Shown piece by piece: positions 1-13,118 of a stretch of 64,000 nt of DNA. This DNA is from Cycas panzhihuaensis. Lineage: Eukaryota > Plantae > Cycadophyta. A model generated the notes under the pieces. The model worked only from the letters and a program-made list of their open reading frames with translations. It made no database searches and had not been told where the DNA came from. The stretch lies in contig CM041465.1 of the NCBI GenBank assembly GCA_023213395.1, positions 11,842,001-11,906,000 on the forward strand, written 5' to 3'. The position numbers were made by a program, and so were the translations under genes. Within the stretch, counting starts at the first letter, position 1, and each line of letters begins with the position of its first letter.

Positions 1-239
1 CATTTGAATACAAAAAGATGCCCTTTGTATTGGTTGATGTAGGAGCCATATTTCAAAGAGTTATGGGCCATGCATTTAAGGGTTTGACTAGAGTGATAAT
101 TATGATATATCTTAATGATATGACCATTTTTTTTCTAGAAGAGAATAGATCATATATAAGATTTAAGGTTACTATTACAAAGATGGTGGTAATATAGAAT
201 CCTAATAAATCCCAAGAAGATAGTAGTTAGAGTTATTAT
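1..239 (+). mobile_element. Ty3/Gypsy (Tat/Athila-type) reverse transcriptase fragment, left part, split by Copia A
   Basis: Degenerate MPF..xGAxFQR..M, IYLxD and NPKK..V motifs; the reading continues after 32207. Confidence 0.75.
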
Positions 240-458
240 TATTGGAGAAAAATAAGTAGTGAGTTTAGGTGTAATGCATATTTATGGTATAGACCATAAA
301 ATATTGTGGGCCTTATACAAAAGTAAGTTGTAGTATATAAGGAAATTAATGCATTACTATTTATAACACTACTTTATTGAATAAAATTCAAAGGTATCAA
401 GAGATACCATTTTGATCTTATTATTTGTATTTGTTAATTATTCATTTTATTTCTATTA

Positions 459-2790
459 TGTTATAATGACTTATGCAGAATTTTGTAATCAAGCATGATA
501 TAATATATTTATAATCATATGATCAATTAAGTATATCATAAACATAATAAATAAAAGGAATAAGGGCATACAAGTTAATAATACAAACATCATGTGTATA
601 CTATATTTAATTTAGAAAACCCATGAATGAGAAAAACCACCTCTAAATATTTATGAGATCTCATATTAAGAAGAATAATCAAATATCTGTATGTTGAGTC
701 ATCCTATCCTCATAAAGAAGAATATGTGATCTAATTTTCTTCATAATAAATATTTCCCTTATATAGATGTATAACCTCATCAACAACTAATTACATTTTA
801 CTATTACACCAATCAATCTAATCATGTATATATAAACCTTTCACATCAACCAATGATAAATCTGACTACTTGATAACTAATTAAATATTACATTAATATT
901 CATAAAATTGATTATTACAACACTTTAACACTCTCCCTTAATGTTTTATTTGTGGATCTTCAAATGTCTTCATCTTTGTGTCTTCATGATACATCTTTAT
1001 ATCTTTATACTAGATCAACTAATCATCTATATCTTTATTTTATCTGTATCACTTGTAAATCAATCTATCAAACCCATAATCATTATGATTATCTCTTGAA
1101 AATAAAACATTTATATCATTACCATATTATATCATATCAACCCCTTATAAACCATCAATTAATCACCAAATAACCATAACTCATGACACTCAACTTGTCA
1201 TGACATATGGAGATTTTTGCTCATTAACTTTATATATCCATCTATACGCTATAAATAAAACTCATCAATCTTGATATTAAACTAATTAAATGATATCCAT
1301 ATAAAATAGCAACCATCTACAAAAATACATGGATAACTAGTCACTATAATCATTAGTTATCTAGGAAATATTTCTACTATATAGTTCATCAGTATAACAG
1401 AACAAGCACAACATATTATCATTAAATAAATATGTTATAATAAGAGTAACTTATAAATATTTCTCATCTCATACCTATGAGACATGTATGGGTTGTATTG
1501 TTATGCAATAAGATAAAGGACATCTATAACTTTATCATAAGGTGACAAACTAATATAACCATGGATCATGGACACCAATATAAACTTAGTAATGCACCTA
1601 TAATTTTTGCTAATCAAAGTTATAAACCTCTAACAATAAACTCATATGCCCCTACCACATAAAAGTAGCCATAAATGGTTAGGACTACCACTATTCTAAG
1701 CCTTAGCTGAGATAACCATGATTTGTCCCTCTACTATAATAGTTAATATCTCATGTTTAATCTACTATGGTATTAGGACCATAGATTTTATAGATATCTA
1801 GTAACTCTCTTGCTTTGTCTATATGAGTAATTCACTAAAGGGCAATGTGACATCTCTAAAATGTTCTCTTAGTATTTTATATTTATAGTTTTAGAATTAA
1901 TATGTAGTAAGTACACATATAACACAATATATACTCATAGATACTACTCATGAAACCCTCACTCATATAATAATTTTTATATTCTACCCTCATAAATCTT
2001 TGTCATCAAAATTTTTAAAACTATCTAACCTTAACATGTTCAAGCATACCTCAATTCATCATTACAACAACATGCATAAAATTGATTTCTTGTCTATTAT
2101 CATACTCTTCATTTACAAAACCCTAACTTTTTGTTCAAACATACCATATGGGCTTTATTGTGTACTTTATTTCACCACCAAATATCTTTCATCTTACCAC
2201 ATATCAACATAGATTTATTTCTCACTTACTAACAAAATGCCGACTTAACAATTCGTTCTCATAGGGTGATCGATGTTACTTCAGTGATCTTGTCTTGTAG
2301 ACATACAATCATAAACCTACAAGTCTATAGAATATGATACCACATGTGTGTTAAATATCTATAATAAATAATAAACAATATTACCCATCATATTAAATGT
2401 ATGGCTCTCTATATGACTTCATAATCTTCCTTACCATACTCTAATATTAGTCACATCTCATTAGTATAATGTTGCTTTTTACTTTAATTGACCTTCAATA
2501 TAGGCTCTGTCACTGGCTTAATACTAACTCTATCATTGCCATAATACTAGCTCAAGTAATACATGCATGGATCACCCTTAAATGGTAAAGATTATCACTA
2601 TGTGCATGTGGTCTTCTTGTATGTTTTATCAACCTTTTAATATACCAAAAGCACTTACTCAATTTTATTGATTAAAATCTTTGCCATGTAATCTCCTAAT
2701 TATGCCTTATAACCATTCATTTGACTGTTTTAAATGTTCTTTCTAACACAACTGATAGAACTTGATTTCACCTCCATGTGATAAAGTTAT
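459..2790 (-). mobile_element. Truncated Ty1/Copia element F inserted in the 5' LTR of A
   Basis: LTR 459-930 (tgttat...ttaaca) followed on + by ctctccctta (reverse PPT); highly degenerate RT/RNase H remnants on the minus strand at ~1200-2780; second LTR not found, so the right boundary is approximate. Confidence 0.6.
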
Positions 2791-5700
2791 AGTTGAAATA
2801 GTGTTAGTATATTATGTAAAATAAAAAATCAAACGAAAATTAAAATTAAGCACTTTTTCTTTTGGCACTTAGTCGCATGCTCAACTCCATGTGACCATTC
2901 CACTACATTTAAGGAGATTGGGTGGAATTCACTAGATTATATCATATGGTTTAATTCATATTTAAAATTGTAGAAAAACATATTTTCATCAAGCAATTTT
3001 ATTATTTGTTTGCATTCATTTATGTAAAATTTAGCTCATTCATTTCTATTCTAAGTATATATTTGCCCTATTTTCGACCATGGTACTTCTTTTCATGTTA
3101 GTAGAGTATTGTTTGACTACTTAAGGAGCCATTGAGCCATAGACATTATTGTAAACATCTCTATATATGTTATAAAATTATGACTATAGGCCATGCCTTA
3201 CATCTAAGTTCATGAGTGATCTATTTGTGAGGTGTTTTACAACTTGTTGTTACTACACTATGATCATTTTGTAAGGCATCCTTATTTATACATGTGAACC
3301 ATATTGATATGACATTCTTCATGAGAGTTTATTAAACTACGTGAAGCTTACATGAGTTGTGGATTGATGCCACTATAACTGATCTTGCCCTATTTGTTTA
3401 CTCATCTACCTACTTACATATGAAGATCATTTTGGCGATTATTTATTATGTGTAAATTCATTCATAGAGAAGATTTTTTAAGATTTCAATCTAATTACAA
3501 GAATTAGATCAAAAATTTAAAGTTTACATTCAATTTTTTATCTGTTTTGACCACTCACTGATGAAATTTTATGCATAGAGGTGAATTTTATACTTGGGTT
3601 ATTTTCTTTTATAATTTTCAAAAATTAAAGTAGATTAAAATTTGATTTGAAGTCTACTAACCCCCTAGTGTGTTAGGCCAAGTTTACATACATCCCCTAT
3701 ATAACCACCAGCTAATGAGTGAAGAGTACTAAAACCTTAATAGATCTAGTTTTAAGCTTTTAAAAAGGTACTTGTACTCCTTTTTTAATATCTTTTTATT
3801 TAGCAGTCTATTTTTTAAACCATTTAAACTATTAGAATCCTAACTCATAGAACATCATTTTGAGTTATGATATGAAGTATTTTGAAGTTATTTTGATAAA
3901 AAATATTTATTTTAAGTTTGATACTTTATACTAAAACTCTATATAGTAATTGAGGAATTTTATTTTTCACATTCAAATAAAGATTATTACTACTGATTTT
4001 TGACCCTAAGGGTTATTTTGAACCCTAGAGATGTCTTATAAAGGTAACTAATCAAAACATTCATTACTATATTTTATGCCTTTTCAGGATAGGGAGGTAA
4101 AATAAGGTCTCACATTTGAGAGATAAGGTTGATATCCTTAGTTTAATATATTAATGTGATTGTGTACTTTAGTATTCATATTTATGATTGATTTTTATAC
4201 TTGTGGTGGTTGGTTTTCATTTATGAAATAACATCCTCTTCTTCATATCTAAATTTAGTGATTCCTAAATTTAATGGAAAAAAAAAATGGTTTATATGTT
4301 TAAGGAGAATAAAACTTTATTTATTTTCTCATAAGCTGTGAAACATTATTTCTCAAGGATATACAGTTCTAGTACCTATTTCCTCTACTACTCAGTTAAC
4401 ACCTGATCAAGAAAAGAAATAGTTTGATCTTAAAAGGAAAGATAGTAATGCACCCAATCTTATTTATTCTACTTTGGATGATCATGTATTCCCTTGTATA
4501 TATGATGTTATTACTTCTTATGAAGTATGAAGTATTTTAGAAACTAATTTTAATAGTGCTTCTAGTCCAAGGTTATAAAACCTAAGAAGAACTTTTGAGA
4601 ATCTTAGGATGACTACTTCTAAATCTATAAATAATCTCATCACCAAACTCAATATTTAGTGAGTTATATGAGATCCTTAGATAAAGAATCTTTTGAATAA
4701 GGTATTGTAGAGAAAGTCCTAAGGAGCACTCTTAAAATCAAAAAGTTAAAAAATGTTACTACTACTATTGAGGTCATAAAAGATTTATCTACTTTAATTT
4801 AGATCAATTGCTTGTAATGTTACTTATTATAGAAGGAAAGAATAGGAACTCAAATGAGAATTTGGAACAAGTGTTTTCCTTAATGACTCGCTTAAGGAGG
4901 ATATTTATGAGACCAAATTCTCAAAGGAATTTTCAAGCTAATTTTCAAGGAAATCAAGGAAATTTTCAAGAAGGAAATACTTCAAGAGGAGGTTTTATAC
5001 TTCTATGTTCTAGATGTGGTATGCACCATCATTTTAATAATGAATATCAAGTGAGAAAGAATGATTCAATAAATATAATTATTGATAAAATAATGAATGA
5101 ACCAAGGAATAAATATTTATTTTATACTAGCTTGATTGCTCAATCTTCAAATGATTAATGGTATATTGATTTAGGATATTCAACACACATATCTAATAGT
5201 TCTAATTTATTTTAAAAGCTTGAAGATGATAATAAGAAGTAGAAAGTTATTTTTGGTGATAATAATACTCAACAAGTTGAAGGATAAACTATTGTTTCTA
5301 TTCAAATAAGTAATGAAGATAACAAAAATATTCAAAATATCTTGCTTGTACCTAGTTTGAAGAGGAACTTATTATCTATTAGTCAAATAGTGGAATAAAA
5401 ATATAAGTTAGTATTTGATAATTATGAATATAAAATTTGTAACAAGTTAAACAATGAAATAATTATAATTAAATGTCAAATAACTAAAAGTATATTATTC
5501 AAACTCATGTTTTATCCTCAACTCCAAACCTTGAATGCTTCAATTCTTAATGATAGTATACTTTAGAATCATTGTTATGGTCATCTCAATTACGGTGGAC
5601 TTATTACTTTGAGAATGTAAGAAGTGGTAAAAGGTCTTCTACTAATTCAAGGTAATAATGATATGTGTGAAGAATGCATTTATGGAAAATAACATAAAGA

Positions 5701-6165
5701 TAACTTTCTTGAATTTCAATATCAATCTTAACATTTTCTAAAGTTGGTACACATTAACTTGTGTGGTCTTATAAAGAAATTATCATTAGAAATGCTAGAT
5801 ATTTTATGTTCTTGGTTAATAATTTACCAATAAAGATTTGAATTTATTTTCTCAAGGAAAAATATAAAATATTTCTTAGATTTATTAAATTTAGAGTTAT
5901 GGCTAAAAGGCAAAGTGAATATAAGTTGAAAAATCTCTATTCAAATAATGGAAGAGAATTCATCTTAAATGATTTTAGAGACTTTTATAATAAACTTGGC
6001 ATTATGTACCTAAACCCCTTTTAATATATTTACCTTCTTCCTCTTTCCTTTTTGATGTATCTTCTTCTTTTTCTCCTCCTCCTCCTCCTTCTTCCTCTTC
6101 ATTAGTCTCTTATTATATTTATCCTGCATGCATGAGTTAAGAGGGGTAAGTACCCTTAGTAGCCT

Positions 6166-6168
<3 letters not shown>

Positions 6169-6197
<29 letters not shown>
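6169..6197. repeat. (CA)n microsatellite in the 5' LTR of B
   Basis: Read directly. Confidence 0.95.
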
Positions 6198-7703
6198 ACT
6201 CTTATAAGGGACACTTTGAGCATTAAGATATTGTATATTGGGAGGTTGCCCTCTCAAAGTGGCCTACTTGTGTAAACTTTCTTGTAGATATTTAACCTTC
6301 TTGGGAGATTTGGTAGTAGTTGGAATGAATTTCATTATAAGTGGTATCAAAGTAATTGAACCTAAAGTAAGTGGAAGAGATTAAAAAATAGTTAAGAAAT
6401 TTGGAAAAATTTTCCCCTTTTAGTAAAGATCCAAATCTCTTACCTTTCTAAGTTTTATATTTTTTGTTATTTTTCTTTTTTATATTTTCTTTAAGGATAG
6501 ATAACTCTAATAAGTATCTACCCTTTATTACCATTGGTTATATTTATTACTACAAGTGGGTAGCTTGTGTTAGCTAGAGACCTTATACTAGATGTTAGGG
6601 ATCCAACCCCTAACTTACCTTCTCTTATATTCTCTTATATCTTGTACTTCTTCTCTCTCTTATATCTTTATTTCTTCTACTTCTTCCCTTTTCTTAATAT
6701 CCCACATGCATAAGTAGAAGGTTGTGTAGTGGTCATTGAGCACTATATATATTCGTGTAATATCCCACATGCATAAGGAGGCGGTTGAGTAGTAAGCATA
6801 GAGACATATATATATTTGTGTAATCCTTAGAGTAGGATATCTTGAATATCATTGTTATTTGCATGTAATTGGGAGGTTGCCCCCTCGAAGGGTATTGCAA
6901 TATAAGTGCTCTTTGGAGTTATTTGCTTATTATATTGGTGTGCAATTATCATTAAGGAGTGGTATCCTACCAAGTGGTATCAGAGCGGTCGATCCATTCC
7001 TTGTGGGAGAGTCAAGGTACTAAATAATCAATTTTTTCCATCATTTTTTTTTCTTTCTCTCTCATTAGTACCTATTCTCATTTGATTTCCATTTAGTTAC
7101 TTTGCTTTTTGGGGGTAGATAACATCAGAACGGGCACTACCCTAACACCGCCATCGGGTTCTCTTTTGCATTTAGATAGAGACCCTGTGCCGGGGGTCTA
7201 TAAATATCACGAGGATCTGTCGTTTTGGGCTAAGCGCATTGTGGCTTTTCCGTCCCTTGCGTGAAGGATTAGAGATCACACTCCTGAATCAAGCCTTAGA
7301 CAGAACTCAGCTACGGAATTGTGCCTCCATGTACCTGCGCGTATATAAGAGGACCCCCTAGATAGGCCTTCCTAGTATAGGTAACCATAGGAAACCTATT
7401 GACCGTCTGCAATTTGTAGTGCACCTAGAAGCGGTTAGCCCCGGAAGTTACTCTCCACGCACTTAGAGGCGGGTAGTACAACCACAGTGGAGCATTTGCC
7501 TCTGTAAGTTGATATTATTTACGTCTAGGATAAGTATATCGGAGGGCCTACAAACCAGACAAGCCCATACCTAGTGTACCGGTCACCTATTAGTGGGTTG
7601 CGCACTTAGTGGTCGATGAGTCACCATCATCTATTTGTTAAATCGAGTGTCTCTAGCGATCACATCGGGTCTTGCGACATAGTCCGTTAGCCAACCAAAG
7701 GCC

Positions 7704-7769
7704 CAAAAAGCAAAAAGCAAAAAGCAAAAAAGCAAAAAGCAAAAAGAAAAAAAGCAAAAAAAATCAAAA

Positions 7770-7800
<31 letters not shown>
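7704..7800. repeat. (GCAAAAA)n / poly(A) tract in the leader of C
   Basis: Read directly. Confidence 0.95.
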
Positions 7801-7803
<3 letters not shown>

Positions 7804-7889
7804 ATATTGGGGATAACAACATAGACACCCCTCAAATCCTTTTCAGTCACATTTACCAACCAAGTTTCCAACTTAGGTCTTGTGGACTA

Positions 7890-10800
7890 ATGGCCTCTAA
7901 GATGAACCCAAGTTGGACCCAAGATCTTAATGATGCTGTTTCACAACTTCGAGAAGATATATTACAAATCCAGAATGACTTCAATGAAAAATTTGAAGCA
8001 GTAATGCTAGAGCTCACATCCATGAAACCTCTTAAGGAAGAAAAGAGTGATCTTGATGATACTACTCACATAGGTGGGGGACACTTCGCTAAAGAAGATG
8101 AAGGTAATGATGGTAGGCGCTTTCGTCCAAACTTCCTTCCTAAGGTAGAAATCAAGAAGTTCAATGGCACAGATGTACGCATGTGGATCACTCAAATGGA
8201 ACAATACTTTTCTCTTCATACTTTTCTCTTGTAGGTACATCCCTCTTGCTTCTTTACACATGGAAACTGAACCCTACCAATGGTACCAATGGGTCATGAA
8301 AATAATTGGTGGGCTTAGTTATCAATGGGAGGGTTTTGTCAAGGATCTTATAGCTCAATATGATAGTACCTGGGATCAGGACCACTTTAACCAGTTAGCT
8401 AAAGTTAGACAGAGGGGACCTTTCACTTATACGTGAATACCAACGTCTCTCCACAAGGGTTGACTATCTTTGTCAGGATAAATTACTTGAGCTATACATT
8501 GGTGGGTTACGAGATGACATCAGACATGAGTTGCCACTCTTAAAACCTGATAACATCTCTACAGCTATTAATTTTGCTCGACACATTGAAGCAAAAAATA
8601 AGGCATCCCGACCCCCCCAAGGAACATTTCCAGAAAAGCGACCACAATTTCAGGTTCCTGGTGTACGACGAATGACTTCCCAAGAGATGGATGAGAAACG
8701 ATTGAAAGGGTTATGTTTTCATTGTAACCAAAAGTGGAATAAAGACCATAAGTGTCCTGAACGACGCTTATTTATAATTGAGGATGTTCAAGATGAGGAA
8801 CCAGTAGAAGAAGCCTCATTAGAGCCAGAAAATAATGATTGTGACCCACCTGAGGAGGAAGAAGAAGATACTACTACTACATCTCATGCATGCCCTACCG
8901 GAATTGCACCCCTCGGACACTCAAACTTATTGGGTACATTAAGAAAAGGAAGGTGGTTGTCCTCATAGATTAAGGAGCACCCATAATTTCATTAATCGGA
9001 AACTTCTCAAGAACTCAATCTGCTTTCCATATCCCGTCAAAAATTTTCGTTATGGTGGCTAATGGAGGGACACTCGCTTGTGGGGAAAATGTCACAATAT
9101 CAAGTTGCAATGGGTGACTATCACCTCTCCACTTCTATGTATGCCATTCTGTTGGAGGAGTTGATGTGGTTTTGGGGTATAATGGCTCAAACCACTAGGG
9201 ACCATTCAACTAAATATGTAAGAGCTCTTCATCCGATTTACTTCTGAAGGAATTGACTATCAATTGAATGGGATCATTCCTCCACCGACCCAAATCATCA
9301 GCTCACACCGTATGGAGAGGCTTATTAAAAGGGGTGGTACAGGAATCATTGCCAAATGTTATGCTCTAGAAGGTCAAGAACTTCCAACAAAAGGGGACAT
9401 TCTCCAAGATGATGGTATACCAAATGACTTAAAATTGGTACTTCACCACCATAATCAGGTCTTTCAAGATATTCCTCAAGGTCTTCCCCCAGTACGTGAC
9501 CAAGATCATAGCATTGACTTGGTAGTTGGAAGTAATCCTCCTTGTATTCGACCATACCGGTATCCCTACCAACAAAAGAATGAAATTGAACGACTAGTTC
9601 AAGAACTCCTTAATGCTGGTATTATTAGGGAAAGTAAAAGCACTTTTTCTGCTCCGGTGATTTTAGTAAGAAAAAAGGATGGCTCATTTCGCATGTGTGT
9701 AGACTACCGCGAGCTTAATAAGATAACCATCAAGGATAAATTTCCTATACAAGTCATTGATGAACTCTTGGATGAACTCCATGGAGAAATGTTCTTCACA
9801 TCATTGGACTTACGTCCGGGATACCATCAAATCGGGATCAAAGCGTAGGATGTTCATAAACCGCATTTCGTACACATGAAGGTCACTATGAATTTTTAGT
9901 CATGCCATTTGGCTTGACTAATACTCCATCCAGCTTTGAAGGGCTCATGAATTAACTCTCACGACCTTACTTAAGGGAGTTCATAGTAGTCTATTTGGAT
10001 GACATTTTGATCTTGAACAGACGTGGAAGACCATCTTGACAGATGTTGATAAGGCATTACGGTGCTTGCAGACAACCAACTTTTATGCAAAAGATCAAAA
10101 TGTCAATTTGGGCAAATGAAATAGAATATTTGGGCCATATCATCTCTCAAGAAGGAGTCAAGGTGAATCCTAAGAAAATAGCAGTTGTCGTAAACTGGCC
10201 TAAACCTAAAACATCAAGGGCCTTCGTGGATTCTTAGGAATCACAGGATATTATCGAAAGTTTGTTCAAGGTTATGCAAGGATTGCTTCCCTTTAATCAA
10301 TTTGTTAAAAAGGATTCTTTTCATTGGAATGATAAGGCCTCAAGCATTTGAACACCTAAAGTCGGCTTTAACTACCACACCGATCCTTGCAACACTGGAC
10401 TTTACAAAGACCTTCACCATTGAATGTGATGCATCGGGGCAAGGCATTGGAGCGCCTTTAATGTAAGAGGGAAAACCTTTGGCTTTTGAAAGTCGCCGAC
10501 TTACACTCAAGGAACAAGTCAAGTCCACCTATGAGAAGGAGATGTTAGCAATTCTTCATGCGGTTAGGAAATGGCGACAATATTTATTGGGAACACATTT
10601 CCAAATTAAAACAGAACCATGATAGCTTGAAATATTTCCTATCTCAAAGGACATCATCCGAGGAACAACAAAATGGGTCACCAAAATGCAAGCTTTTGAC
10701 TTTGAAATAATATATAAAAAGGCAAGGATAATATAGTCCGATGCTTTATCTCGTAAGGAAGAAGACTCGCACTATATTCTATCACAACAATCAATCCCTC

Positions 10801-12230
10801 TTGGATAGCGATGCCAAGCAAGAATGGGATGAGGACTCCTTTACAAAGCGGATCATTCAAGACCTTCAAGTCGGAGTAGGGCATTCAACCCATTATACAT
10901 GGTCTTCAAATATTCTACGGTATAAGAATCGAATATATATATGCCCTCACTCTAGCCTTAAGGAGCAAATTTTACATGATGCACATGCCTCTCCAACAAA
11001 GTCACTCGGGTTCCTACGAACATACCACCACTTAAAAGCAGTCTTTCTTTTGGAAGGGACAAAAGGAGATGTAAAGAGATATGTTTCCTCATGTGAAGTT
11101 TGTCAACGACATAAGATGTAAGCAGATCAAGTCTCCGTGATTGCTGCAACCCCTTCCCATACCAAATCAACGATGGGAAGAAATTTCTATGGACTTCATC
11201 GTGGGTCTGCCCAAGTCAGAAGGAAAAGATGCTATCTTCGGTGGTTGTTGATAGGCTAACTAAATATGCTCATTTCTGTGGCATTCAGGCCACATATAAG
11301 GCAAAGCAAATTCTCGAGGTCTTTTAAAGGATATACACAGTTGCAGCATACCCAAATGTATAGTCATGATCGGGATCCCAAGTTTACCAAGAACTTCGAT
11401 GTAACTCTTCCATCTACTTGGTACTAAATCGACAATGAGCTCACCTACCATCCACAAACAGATGGACAAACCGAGGTGGTTAATAAGTGCCTTGAAGGAT
11501 ACCTTGGTGTTATGCTTGAGATAAGCGAGGCGATGGCATCATTGGCTTCCTTTAGCGTAATGGTGGTATAATACAACCTATCATGCATCAATAGGAATGA
11601 CTGCTCCAAGCATTATATGGCTATGAACCACCCACACTTAAAAACTATGCCATAATCGGTTCTAAGGTTCAAGCAACGAAGACCACATCCAACAAATAAC
11701 ACATATTCTTAAGCTACTCAAGGAAAATTTGAACCTTGCAGGAAATCGGATGAAACAACAAAGGATAAAGGGCGAAGTGAGCGAGTATTTCAACGGTGAT
11801 TGGGTATACTTACGGTTGCAAGTATAGCAAGGTGAATCTCTCAAACGGAATGGGAAACATAAGTTACAACCTCGATTTTATGGGCCTTAGAAAATTCTCA
11901 AGAAGATTGGTGAAGTTGCATATGCCTTGGGCTTACCACCACTATCAAGGATCCATAATGTCTTTCATGTTTCATGTCTCAAGAAGGTAATTGGGCAACA
12001 AGTACAAGTTCAAATAGAATTACCTATATTAAATGAGGAGGGCAACTTCAACTCATTCGAATGTATCATCGATCAAGAATTCGACATCTACGATCCGAGA
12101 CAAATCATTGAGTATCTCATCAAATGGAAACAACTTCCACGAGAAGATGCAACTGGGAGAATGAACAATTTGTCCAAGAGCACCACGAGATCACCAAGCT
12201 TTGAGGGCAAAGCTTTTTGTTGGGGGACTT
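7890..12230 (+). pseudogene. gag-pol of element C (gag, protease, RT, RNase H, integrase, chromodomain), many frameshifts
   Basis: ORF pieces KVEIKKFNGTDVRMWITQMEQYF, GLCFHCNQKWNKDHKC, RPYRYP..LVRKKDGSFRMCVDYRELNKITIKDKFPI, YHPQTDGQTEVVN, IHNVFHVSCLKK, EYLIKWKQLPREDAT. Confidence 0.92.
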
Positions 12231-13055
12231 TGTTAGGGATCCAACCCTAACTTACCTTCTCTTATATTCTCTTATATCTTGTACTTCTTCTCTCTCTTAT
12301 ATCTTTATTTCTTCTACTTCTTCCCTTTTCTTAATATCCCACATGCATAAGTAGAAGGTTGTGTAGTGGTCATTGAGCACTATATATATTCGTGTAATAT
12401 CCCACATGCATAAGGAGGTGGTTGAGTAGTAAGCATAGAGACATATATATATTTGTGTAATCCTTAGAGTAGGATATCTTGAATATCATTGTTATTTGCA
12501 TGTAATTGGGAGGTTGCCCCCTCGAAGGGTATTGCAATATAAGTGCTCTTTTGGAGTTATTTGCTTATTATATTGGTGTGCAATTATCATTAAGGAGTGG
12601 TATCCTACCACTAGAGGTCTATAAATATCACAAAAGATCTGCCATTCTTAGCTTAGTATGTCTAACTATAAACTAGCATGTGAAGTAAGGAAGAATTGAT
12701 ATGACCTCAATACCCAAGTCTTAGATAGAAATCATATATGGAATTGAATCTTTACATACCCTCGAGTATATAGGACGACCCTTATAGGTAGTTTGATCCA
12801 TTTTCTAGAATAGGTAAACTTTCAACTACTAGTCTTATACTGTAGTGGTTAGTAGTTAGTGCCACAAAGATACCTATCTCAAACTCCTACAAAGGGGTTT
12901 ATTGATAGGCCTACAAGATTAATCACTCCTAATTCTTGTAGTCATTAGTAAAACTAACCATGTTCAAACTATTAGCTCTAAATTCCTTTACTTTCTTCTC
13001 CTTCTCTAAGTACTAAGTTATAAATCTACCTAGTTTAAGAAAAATCACTTCTTTA

Positions 13056-13059
<4 letters not shown>

Positions 13060-13113
<54 letters not shown>
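13060..13113. repeat. (CT)n microsatellite in the leader of B
   Basis: Read directly. Confidence 0.95.

Positions 13114-13118
<5 letters not shown>

Larger units (their letters stand above)
6593..12610 (+). mobile_element. Young full-length Ty3/Gypsy chromovirus C (Reina-like), 6018 bp
   Basis: 380-bp TG...CA LTRs at 6593-6972 and 12231-12610 with about 3 visible differences; perfect TSD CTAGA (6588-6592 and 12611-12615); PBS TGGTATCAGAGC at 6975; PPT before 12231. Confidence 0.97.

Noticed and set aside
2792-4220. Possible further LTR starting TGTTAG at 2792
   Set aside because: No partner repeat, PBS or TSD found; treated as unresolved leader of Copia A.
6010-7828. ORFs 6010-6198 and 7631-7828 (also 58371-58630)
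   Set aside because: Translations of microsatellite or poly(A) tracts, not genes.
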